Of a stretch of DNA of 38,903 nt, positions 8,850-16,931 are shown piece after piece; the first letter of the stretch is position 1, and every line of letters starts with the position of its first letter. Below the pieces are notes generated by a model. It did not search any database, was not told where the DNA came from, and worked only from the letters and a program-made list of their open reading frames with translations. The DNA is from a virus (lineage: Duplodnaviria; Caudoviricetes), in IMG/VR virus record IMGVR_UViG_3300017705_000841, positions 1 through 38,903 of that record, one strand, 5' to 3'. Position numbers and translations under genes: made by a program.

Positions 8850-10231
8850 TTGATAACAGACAAGAAGATTTTAGCAAATACGGTAAAAAGTTTCAGGAAA
8901 GCTTGGTCCGGCTGGTCCTAGAGGATAGGGTATTTGCTGACCAGATGTTGGAGGTTTTAGATATTAATTTCCTTGAACTTAAATATCTTCAAGTCTTTGT
9001 CGAGAAGATCTTTGAATACAGGCAAAAATATACATCTCACCCCTCTCACGACACTATGACAATTATTCTGCGCTCCGAACTGGATGGAGTATCAGACCTG
9101 TTGAAAAATCAGGTGCGAGAGTACTATGCAAAGATTCTTGCCGGTGCCGCCGATACTGGCGGACTAGAACACGTCAAAGAGGTTGCCTTGGATTTTTGCA
9201 AGAAGCAGAAATTAAAAGAGGCGATGCTAGAGTGTGTCGGCCTTATGCAGCGATCATCCTACGATGAAATTTCGGGCAAAATAAATAATGCCCTAAATTT
9301 GGGAACAGACAATGATCTTGGGTACGACTATATGGTTGATTTCGAGAAAAGATTTGAATTGGTCGCCCGTGCCCCTGTTACGACAGGCTGGAAATACATT
9401 GACAAGATCACGGGCGGTGGCCTTGGTAAGGGGGAGCTTGGCGTCTGTGTTGCGCCAACTGGCGGGGGCAAATCAATGGTCCTCACTCATCTTGGTGCCG
9501 AGGCTCTTAAAGCCGAGAAGACAGTGATCCACTATACCTTTGAACTAATGGACTCGGTTGTTTGCCGCCGATATGATAGCTGTTTGACAGAAATTGATTT
9601 ATCGTCTATCATTATTAATAAAGAAAAGGTCCGCAAAATTATAGAGGACATCCCCGGCAAACTCATCGTGAAACAATACCCAACCAAGTCTGCTTCAACG
9701 GTGACTCTGAAAGCGCACCTGGAGAAACTAAAACGCCGAGGCATTAATCCGGATATGATTATTGTTGATTATGCGGATCTCTTGAAGCCAGTTCATCGAG
9801 AAAAGGAAAAAAGAAATGAACTGGAATCTATTTATGAAGAATTAAGAGCAATAGCAATGGAGATGGAATGTCCGATCTGGACTGCTTCTCAAACAAATCG
9901 ATCAGGACTCAATGCAGAAATTATCACAATGGAATCTATCAGCGAAGCGTTTAACAAGTGTTTTGTGGCAGATTTTATTTTCTCAGTCTCTCGTACTCCC
10001 GAAGATAAAATTTCTAATGAGGGAAGAGTCTTCATCGCAAAAAATAGAAATGGTCAAGATGGGATGGTGTACCCAATCTTTATGGACACATCCAGCGTAA
10101 AGATTAAGATCTTTGCCGAGGCAGCAGGGGAAGATAAGAGGGGCGTTGCTAAGACTCAACAGGAATCACTACAAGAGAAATATAAAGCTTTTGTAAAAAA
10201 TAAAAGAAATGGAGTTAATAGTGTACGATGA
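8846..10231 (+). CDS. dnaB: DnaB-like replicative helicase
   Basis: Walker A APTGGGKS, IIVDYAD, WTASQTNR, KNRNG; ATGA overlap with the exonuclease stop. Confidence 0.9.
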   Translation: MIDNRQEDFSKYGKKFQESLVRLVLEDRVFADQMLEVLDINFLELKYLQVFVEKIFEYRQKYTSHPSHDTMTIILRSELDGVSDLLKNQVREYYAKILAGAADTGGLEHVKEVALDFCKKQKLKEAMLECVGLMQRSSYDEISGKINNALNLGTDNDLGYDYMVDFEKRFELVARAPVTTGWKYIDKITGGGLGKGELGVCVAPTGGGKSMVLTHLGAEALKAEKTVIHYTFELMDSVVCRRYDSCLTEIDLSSIIINKEKVRKIIEDIPGKLIVKQYPTKSASTVTLKAHLEKLKRRGINPDMIIVDYADLLKPVHREKEKRNELESIYEELRAIAMEMECPIWTASQTNRSGLNAEIITMESISEAFNKCFVADFIFSVSRTPEDKISNEGRVFIAKNRNGQDGMVYPIFMDTSSVKIKIFAEAAGEDKRGVAKTQQESLQEKYKAFVKNKRNGVNSVR

Positions 10232-12635
10232 AGAAAGGGTTAGGGAGAAAACTTTAGAATATTTTAATGGCGATGAGTTGGCAACTAATGTTTTTATTAC
10301 AAAATATTGCCTTAAGGATAACGAATCTCGACTGGTAGAATTGACTCCCGATGATATGCATCGACGCCTCTCATCGGAATTTGCAAGAATTGAGGAAAAA
10401 TTTAAGACAGATCGAAGCTTGCCCGAGGATGAAATTTATTCTTTTCTAAAAGACTTTAAATACATCGTCCCGCAAGGATCGCCAATGATGGGTATTGGTA
10501 ATGATTATGTAAATGTGTCACTATCCAATTGTGTCGTTGTTGAATCACCAGAGGATAATATTTCTTCAATCGTGGATTCGGGAAAACAGTTGGCAAACCT
10601 CTTCAAGCGCAGATGCGGAGTCGGCCTCGACATTTCTAACCTTCGACCTGATGGTGCCTTTGTCAATAATTCTGCCGGAACCACCACTGGTGCTTGGAGC
10701 TTTGCAGATTTTTATTCTTATGTCTGTCGGATGATCGGGCAGAACGGTCGTCGAGGTGCCCTTATGATCTCGATGGATGTTCGACACCCTGACATTGAAA
10801 AGTTCGTCACAATGAAGCACGACCTCACAAAGGTCACAGGTGCGAACGTATCAGTCAAGATTTCCGATGACTTTATGGAGGCAGTGGAGAATGACGAGGA
10901 ATACACCCTCGCATTCCCAGTCGGAAGCGACAACCCCAAGTTCAGAAAGGCCATTTCAGCGAAGAACTTGTGGAATTTGATTGTTGAGAGTGCAACCAAG
11001 ACAGCAGAGCCAGGTCTGTTGATGTGGGACAACATCACCAAGAACCTACCAGCGCACTCATATCCGCAGTTCGAGACAATCTCCACAAACCCCTGTGCCG
11101 AGATTCCTCTATCTGCTTACGATAGCTGTCGCCTCATCTCGATCAACTTGAAGAACTTCGTCGTCAATCCGTTCGAGGACAACGCATACTTCGACTTCGA
11201 CCAATTCAAGAGTATCGTCTCAGCAGGAATGCGACTCTCCGATGACCTCGTGGAACTCGAAGCCGAGAAGCTACGCAACATCCAGAGCAAATCAGATGCA
11301 GCCGACGAGCAAGAGATGTGGGGCCGACTCCTCTCCGCTTGCCTTGACGGACGACGCACTGGCCTTGGGACACACGGCTTGGCAGACACCCTCGCTTGCC
11401 TCAATCAGGCATACGACTCCGACGAAGCGATCAACACTATCGACGAGATCTATCAGACATTGCGAAACGAATCATACCGCGAAAGTGTCGAGTTGGCGAA
11501 AGAGCGAGGATCATTCGATGTCTTCGACTGGGAGTTAGAGAAGGACAACGCCTTCATCCAGAATCTTCCCGAGGACATTAAAAATTTAATTGAGAAGTAT
11601 GGGCGACGAAATATCAGCATTCTCACCAATGCCCCAACAGGAAGTGTTTCAATCCTCTCCCAGACTTCTTCAGGGCTAGAGCCAGTTTTCAGAAACTTCT
11701 ACATAAGGCGACGAAAGATCTCCCACAATGAAGAGACTGAAGCTGATTTCATAGACGATCTTGGGGATCGCTGGAAAGAATTTAAAGTCTTCCACCACAA
11801 TGTCCAGCAATGGATTCGAAAGAACAATGCAAGCGAGGAAGATATTCCTGACTTTTTCGTCCAGAGCAATGACATTGACTGGACCAAGAGAATCTTGATT
11901 CAAAGCACAATTCAGCAGTACATTGACCACGCTATTTCCTCGACGATCAACCTTCCAAAAGAAACTACACCGGAGACAGTAGGCGACCTATACCTACAGG
12001 GTTGGAAGAAGGGATTGAAGGGCATCACTGTCTATGTCGATGGATCTCGAAGTGGTGTTTTGGTAACGGAGACAAAGAGGGAAGATCTCCCGTATCACAA
12101 TGCACCAAAGCGACCAGAAGAGATTGAGTGCGACATTCATCATACAACAATCCAGGGAGAAAAATGGACCTTGCTAGTTGGACTTTACAATGGACGACCA
12201 TATGAAATTTTAGGAGGACTATCGAATCTTATTGAAATTCCAAAAAAGTATAAGAAAGGGCAAATTTCCAAACATTCATTTAAGACAGTAAGGAACCGAT
12301 ATGACTTGAGATTTGGTGAGGGAGATGACGAGGTTCTTGTTCGAGACATCGTGTCCGTGTTCAATAACCCAAACAACTCCGCTATCACAAGGATGATCTC
12401 GCTTTCACTTCGACACGGAGCGAAGCCAGCATTCCTTGTAGAACAACTACAAAAAGATAAAGACAGCGATATGTTCTCATTCTCCAAGTGTATCGCGAGG
12501 GTACTAAAAAATTATATTGAAAATGGAGAAAAGGTGTGTGGCGAAAAGGTATGCACCGAGTGTAACGAGGAGGGACTTATTTATCAAGACGGATGTGCGT
12601 TGTGCCCATCCTGTGGACATTCCAAGTGTGGATAA
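10209..12635 (+). CDS. nrdJ: Class II (adenosylcobalamin-dependent) ribonucleotide reductase
   Basis: SNC, GRRGALM, TNPCAEI, APTGS, ISSTIN, C-terminal TSCPD-like region with Cys ribbon; no nrdB nearby. True start may be GTG 10221 (GGAG upstream). Confidence 0.9.
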   Translation: MELIVYDEERVREKTLEYFNGDELATNVFITKYCLKDNESRLVELTPDDMHRRLSSEFARIEEKFKTDRSLPEDEIYSFLKDFKYIVPQGSPMMGIGNDYVNVSLSNCVVVESPEDNISSIVDSGKQLANLFKRRCGVGLDISNLRPDGAFVNNSAGTTTGAWSFADFYSYVCRMIGQNGRRGALMISMDVRHPDIEKFVTMKHDLTKVTGANVSVKISDDFMEAVENDEEYTLAFPVGSDNPKFRKAISAKNLWNLIVESATKTAEPGLLMWDNITKNLPAHSYPQFETISTNPCAEIPLSAYDSCRLISINLKNFVVNPFEDNAYFDFDQFKSIVSAGMRLSDDLVELEAEKLRNIQSKSDAADEQEMWGRLLSACLDGRRTGLGTHGLADTLACLNQAYDSDEAINTIDEIYQTLRNESYRESVELAKERGSFDVFDWELEKDNAFIQNLPEDIKNLIEKYGRRNISILTNAPTGSVSILSQTSSGLEPVFRNFYIRRRKISHNEETEADFIDDLGDRWKEFKVFHHNVQQWIRKNNASEEDIPDFFVQSNDIDWTKRILIQSTIQQYIDHAISSTINLPKETTPETVGDLYLQGWKKGLKGITVYVDGSRSGVLVTETKREDLPYHNAPKRPEEIECDIHHTTIQGEKWTLLVGLYNGRPYEILGGLSNLIEIPKKYKKGQISKHSFKTVRNRYDLRFGEGDDEVLVRDIVSVFNNPNNSAITRMISLSLRHGAKPAFLVEQLQKDKDSDMFSFSKCIARVLKNYIENGEKVCGEKVCTECNEEGLIYQDGCALCPSCGHSKCG

Positions 12636-12653
12636 CAAACAATAGGAGAAGTA

Positions 12654-12887
12654 ATGAGTGATCAAAAGCAAGAATACGTTGTAAATTATATTAAGGCACT
12701 TAAGGCGGTTGAAGATGAGATGGAACCCTTCAAAGAACACAAGCGAGATCTAAAGTCAAACTATATCGAGAATCAGTGGCTAACAAGAGAAGAAATCAGT
12801 TTAGCAGTGAAAGCATATCGATTAATGAAAACAGAAGTTGACTTTGATGAATTAATGGACTATTATGACAAACTGAAAGGGATTTAA
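12654..12887 (+). CDS. Small DNA-binding protein, T4 DsbA/GapR(DUF2312)-like
   Basis: Helical 77-aa protein, 'IKALKAVEDEMEPFKEHKRDLK...AVKAYRLMK'; RBS AGGAG. Confidence 0.5.
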   Translation: MSDQKQEYVVNYIKALKAVEDEMEPFKEHKRDLKSNYIENQWLTREEISLAVKAYRLMKTEVDFDELMDYYDKLKGI

Positions 12888-12889
12888 AC

Positions 12890-12898
12890 ACTATTTAT
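12890..12898 (+). promoter_or_regulatory. Putative phage-specific (late) promoter motif ACTATTTAT
   Basis: Recurring intergenic ACTAYTTAW motif; 26 bp upstream of ATG 12925. Confidence 0.5.
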
Positions 12899-12924
12899 AG
12901 TAAAAGAGATAGTGGAGAAACAAA

Positions 12925-13275
12925 ATGGCTGATAACTTAAAAAATACCTTATCGAGTAAATTGAGGCTAACAAGGAAGAGTAATAATTTGGGCGACGACC
13001 CTACGAGAAAAAAGAATATGCAAAATTTCTTGGTTCTCTATGACAAATATCAAAAACTCTTGCGCCCCCACAAAGATAAGATTTCTGATTTGACAAAGTT
13101 TTATAAACAAAATGATTTGCTTTCTGCCGAAGAGATTAGGGTTGCCAAAAAGGCATATACATTGATGAAATCAGATGTTCCAATTGATGAACTGGCAGAT
13201 ACGCTTGAAATGTTATTTAGCGATGAAGATACTTTTGAAGACGGAGATGAAATTGAAGCTGATACCAAAAAATAG
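12925..13275 (+). CDS. Paralogue of 12654-12887 (DsbA/GapR-like)
   Basis: LSAEEIRVAKKAYTLMKSDVPIDEL aligns with LTREEISLAVKAYRLMKTEVDFDEL. Confidence 0.6.
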   Translation: MADNLKNTLSSKLRLTRKSNNLGDDPTRKKNMQNFLVLYDKYQKLLRPHKDKISDLTKFYKQNDLLSAEEIRVAKKAYTLMKSDVPIDELADTLEMLFSDEDTFEDGDEIEADTKK

Positions 13276-13531
13276 AAATCTTCTTGTTAGGGTGCAAGAA
13301 AAGGTAGAGGAGGAAACTACTATCCTCCTTCCTGAAGACTATAAAAAAACAGACCCATACGCAGTTGTAGAAATTTTGGACGTCGCAGAAAATTGCAACT
13401 CCTTTACTACTGACGATATAGGAAAACTAGTTATTATTCCAACTCACACCATTGTAAGTATTGAGGTCGATGGAGAAACCCACTCCCTAGCTCTTGAAAA
13501 TCTAGCACTGGGAGTCGTCGGTGGAGAATAA
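13247..13531 (+). CDS. groES: GroES-like co-chaperonin
   Basis: From ATG 13247: MKLKLIPKNRNLLV...TILLPEDYK...IEVDGETHSLALENLALGVV, matching the Cpn10 pattern and size (94 aa). Confidence 0.65.
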   Translation: MKLKLIPKNRNLLVRVQEKVEEETTILLPEDYKKTDPYAVVEILDVAENCNSFTTDDIGKLVIIPTHTIVSIEVDGETHSLALENLALGVVGGE

Positions 13532-14210
13532 AACTATTTTCCTCTATGACGATAACATCGGCAGAGTTCAGTACGTTGACCATATGGGAAGTGACCTTAC
13601 TGTGGTTAACAGTGCTCGTGTATCCTTTGGCGTAGAAAAGAAAAAACTCAACCAGAGCGATAAAAAGCTTATCAACTATCTCATCAAGCACAGGCATACT
13701 TCAACGCTTGAGCACTGCTCGATTTCATATAAATTTGTTGTTCCTCTCTTTATCCGATCTCAACATCACCGCCATCGCACTTGGTCCTACAATGAGATCA
13801 GCAGGCGATACACCGACGTTAATATTGAATTCTACGAACCAAAGGCGTTCCGAACGCAACACGAGTCAAACCGACAAGCAAGCAACTTCGAGGGACAAAT
13901 CAATCCAGTCCTTTCTTGTGGAAGCGATTGTGACGATATGGTCAGCTTGCACCACCAGATGTCCCTCGACCTCTACAACAAAATGATGGAAGCCGGTGTT
14001 TGCCGAGAGCAAGCCCGAGGAGTTCTTCCGCAGAATATGTACACTTCTTATTGGGGCACTACAAATCTAAATAATCTTTTTAAGTTTGTTGATTTGCGAA
14101 CTCACGACGGAGCCCAATGGGAGATCCAGAGGGTTGCAGAAGCGTGCCTCGAAATCGCCAAGGAACTCTTTCCCGTAACGATCCAGTCCTATGAAAATCA
14201 CAAAAGATAA
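13521..14210 (+). CDS. thyX: Flavin-dependent thymidylate synthase
   Basis: NSARVSF, HTSTLEH, RHRTWSYNEISRRY, REQARGVLP, AQWEI. Confidence 0.95.
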   Translation: MENKTIFLYDDNIGRVQYVDHMGSDLTVVNSARVSFGVEKKKLNQSDKKLINYLIKHRHTSTLEHCSISYKFVVPLFIRSQHHRHRTWSYNEISRRYTDVNIEFYEPKAFRTQHESNRQASNFEGQINPVLSCGSDCDDMVSLHHQMSLDLYNKMMEAGVCREQARGVLPQNMYTSYWGTTNLNNLFKFVDLRTHDGAQWEIQRVAEACLEIAKELFPVTIQSYENHKR

Positions 14211-14970
14211 AATTGTTCTTGGATCAAGCATTGATGCTCTATCCTTTGCCTACAAGAATAATCTTCCATTCGTAGCGACTCGGTTCATTCCTCCACACAA
14301 GTTTCAACCCGAGAAGCAGGAGCTTTGGAGGAAGCTCCTCTTCTCACTCTCCCTCTCCAACCAGAACCTACTCACAGACAAGATCCAGACCCTCACCGTC
14401 GAAGACGACCACCTTCGCATCATCACCAAGGGTAAGGCCAAAGTCCTGCTTTACTTTAATTTTTTATACGTGTTTGACGACCACGAAGTGGTCGGCCTCG
14501 GAGCACCTACAGGCGTGACCCAAGACCTATACGAAGTCCTCGACTGGTGCAATATCACAAGCGGAATGAAGCAGAAGCTAGACCGAATCGACGACCCAGA
14601 CAACAACTTCATCCAACACCTTCTGCTGTATCCCTCGGACAGAATTCACGGCAACCACCCAGACAGAAAAGATGTTGTTGGCTTTTCTTATTTGACAAAG
14701 GCCCAGTTATTCGATATAATGTATTCTGAGACATATGCTAGGCTCAAGATTCTCTCGATGATGAAAGAGCAGGGCTGTCGAGGCAAGAAAAACGGCCCCT
14801 TCTTCTATGCGCTCAAGATAGAGCTAAATAAGAGGGACATTTACAATTTGGGTAGGAATACATACGAGGACACCGAAAATATTAAATTCATCCTCGAAGC
14901 CCAGGAAATAGACTTAAATGCACCATTTGAAACTTACTCTAGCACAATACTGAATACGTTTTGCAAATAG
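14191..14970 (+). CDS. Hypothetical protein with a degenerate Rossmann-like N-terminus
   Basis: KIVLGSSIDALSFAY resembles an FAD-binding beta-alpha start lacking GxGxxG. Confidence 0.55.
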   Translation: MKITKDKIVLGSSIDALSFAYKNNLPFVATRFIPPHKFQPEKQELWRKLLFSLSLSNQNLLTDKIQTLTVEDDHLRIITKGKAKVLLYFNFLYVFDDHEVVGLGAPTGVTQDLYEVLDWCNITSGMKQKLDRIDDPDNNFIQHLLLYPSDRIHGNHPDRKDVVGFSYLTKAQLFDIMYSETYARLKILSMMKEQGCRGKKNGPFFYALKIELNKRDIYNLGRNTYEDTENIKFILEAQEIDLNAPFETYSSTILNTFCK

Positions 14971-15845
14971 ATCAACCACCGGCAAATCTCAAAGCATTCC
15001 ACCTCGCAGGGATCATCCCAGTCGCAGGACAGAAGCTGGACTACAACTTCCCCTGGCACGACTCCTTAATGCCCCTTGCACCAAACTACCTCGCCATCGA
15101 GCACGCAGTTTTGGAATGCGCCAATGCCGGATGTGAAACAATTTGGATCGTCTGCCACAACGATATGCAACCCCTCATTCGCCATCGTCTTGGCGATTGG
15201 GTCCAAGATGCAGCAGTTTTCGAGCGAGGCAGTAGAGAGTGGAGGACACAACAGAACCAGCGAGAGATCCCTCTCTTCTACGTCCCCATTCATCCAAAGG
15301 ACCGAGGCAGAAGAGATTGCCTTGGGTGGTCTGTCCTCTATGGAACCATCACCGCATACCACATCAATCGCAAACTATCCAAGTGGGTGATCCCCGACAA
15401 GTATTTCATCTCATTCCCATATGGGATCACACCCCTCGACATCATTCGCAAGAACAGAAATCTTATTTCAGCAAAGAAGAATTTCTGCTTGACTTATCGA
15501 GGACAAAATGTTAAAAATAATAAATACTTGTCCTTCACATACGACGGACCAGACTTTCAGAGATGTAGAAGAAATTTGAGACAGCAACAGACACACGAGC
15601 GAGATGAGAACCACAAGCGACTACCCCTCCACGAAAGATGGGATGCTCGATGGTTCCCACTCGATCAAGTCTTTGAACCAGTAGACTTTGAGGAAGCGAA
15701 CACTTTGGAAACTCCCTGGTTCTACGAGATAAACAACTGGGAAGGATACTGCGACTTCCTTTCCTCGGAGGAGCGAAAAGAGTTCGAGAAACCAGAGTAT
15801 ATGAAATACCGAGAATGGAATCCAGTAGGAGAGGATAATGAGTAA
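14961..15845 (+). CDS. Degenerate sugar-phosphate nucleotidyltransferase-fold protein
   Basis: AGIIPVAG...LMPL...IEHAVLECANAGCETIWIV resembles the NTP_transferase N-terminus, but the GxGTR and PK motifs are missing. Confidence 0.6.
   Translation: MQIDQPPANLKAFHLAGIIPVAGQKLDYNFPWHDSLMPLAPNYLAIEHAVLECANAGCETIWIVCHNDMQPLIRHRLGDWVQDAAVFERGSREWRTQQNQREIPLFYVPIHPKDRGRRDCLGWSVLYGTITAYHINRKLSKWVIPDKYFISFPYGITPLDIIRKNRNLISAKKNFCLTYRGQNVKNNKYLSFTYDGPDFQRCRRNLRQQQTHERDENHKRLPLHERWDARWFPLDQVFEPVDFEEANTLETPWFYEINNWEGYCDFLSSEERKEFEKPEYMKYREWNPVGEDNE
15688..15841 (+). repeat. Direct repeat copy 1 (154 bp), the 3' end of 14961-15845
   Basis: Ungapped match to 16137-16290, offset 449 bp, 15 mismatches by manual alignment. 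Confidence 0.95.
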
Positions 15846-16140
15846 AAACGATCCATCCGCAGAAATCAAACTAAACCTATTTGAACACATCTGGACAGGC
15901 ATTATTTACGGTCACGGCGGCGACGGCACTGCCAAAATCCACTTGCAGAAAACCGATGCCAAACAAATGGCAGAAGATTTCTTTGAGTGGATCAAAAAAG
16001 AAAAAGGTGCTACGAGTTTTTCGTTAGACAGTGATAGAGCAATGAAGTATAATGTTTGGCGTAATCAAGAAGGATTTGTTTTCACGAATGAAAAATATGA
16101 ACCGCACGAATTTGACGATTTGGTCGTCATAACTTATTGA
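15838..16140 (+). CDS. Hypothetical protein flanked by direct repeats
   Basis: 100-aa ORF; its ATG lies in repeat copy 1 and its TGA at the start of copy 2. Confidence 0.7.
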   Translation: MSKNDPSAEIKLNLFEHIWTGIIYGHGGDGTAKIHLQKTDAKQMAEDFFEWIKKEKGATSFSLDSDRAMKYNVWRNQEGFVFTNEKYEPHEFDDLVVITY

Positions 16141-16290
16141 GGAAGCGAACACTTTGGAAACTCCCTGGTATTACGGAATAGACAACTGGGAGGGATACTG
16201 CGAGTTCCTTTCCTCGGAGGAACGAAAAGAGTTCGAGAAACCAGAGTATATGAAATACCGGGAATGGAACCCGATTGGGGAAGATAATGA
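16137..16290 (+). repeat. Direct repeat copy 2 (154 bp), orphan gene 3' end
   Basis: Encodes EEANTLETPWYYGIDNWEGYCEF...WNPIGEDNE with no in-frame start (TAA just upstream). Confidence 0.95.
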
Positions 16291-16637
16291 AGCCTAAGTC
16301 CGATATGACAACCGTCGATTTTATGAAGAGGACATATATGAAGAACAGGACGCTTGAAAATGTCGAGGACAAAGTAAGGCTCAAGCCAGGGATGCTGATA
16401 AAGGTCGATTCAAGTTCTACACCGTTTTGGTGCGAGGCAGAAGGCTACACCTGCTTCATTAAGGTTAGTGCCCCTATCTGTATGGTACTTTCAACACACA
16501 AGAGAAGTTCCTATGTTTTGGGCAGTGGCAGCAGGATCATTGAATTCGTATGCCCGTGGGATCATAAAATTCTATCTATTGCAGCCGGATACGTTGATGA
16601 ACAAGGCAACCCAAAGTGGTGCGAAATTGTGGAGTAA
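16287..16637 (+). CDS. Hypothetical protein (SH3/KOW-like?)
   Basis: ATG 16287 is equivalent to ATG 15838 in the repeat; contains LKPGMLIKV. Confidence 0.6.
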   Translation: MKPKSDMTTVDFMKRTYMKNRTLENVEDKVRLKPGMLIKVDSSSTPFWCEAEGYTCFIKVSAPICMVLSTHKRSSYVLGSGSRIIEFVCPWDHKILSIAAGYVDEQGNPKWCEIVE

Positions 16638-16715
16638 GAAATGAAACCTAAACGAACATTCACTTTTAAATCGAGAACAAAAAAAATTAAAACTGAACAC
16701 AAGGAGAAAAATGAA

Positions 16716-16931
16716 ATGATCTTATATGAAAATATTTATGATGAAATTGGTTATCACGCAAAGGAGAATGCCGAGCTACCAGACTTCTATAAAAATCTTT
16801 CAATCGACCAGAAGTATTTCATTGACTCTTTGATCGAGAACTGTTATAATCAGCCTGTTGAAATGAAGTATCAGACTTCACTTATTACCCCTTCCACAGG
16901 CGGAACAGATGAGAAAAACCCCCAAGATTAA
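16716..16931 (+). CDS. Hypothetical protein
   Basis: AGGAG RBS before in-frame ATG 16716 (ORF extends to 16641). Confidence 0.5.
   Translation: MILYENIYDEIGYHAKENAELPDFYKNLSIDQKYFIDSLIENCYNQPVEMKYQTSLITPSTGGTDEKNPQD
16822..16850 (+). promoter_or_regulatory. sigma70-like promoter for dnaE
   Basis: TTGACT-17 bp-TATAAT with TGn extension, about 60 bp upstream of 16909. Confidence 0.7.

Noticed and set aside
15688-16290. Diversity-generating retroelement TR/VR pair
   Set aside because: Mismatches are not confined to adenines in either copy, are mostly synonymous or conservative, and no reverse transcriptase is present in the window.
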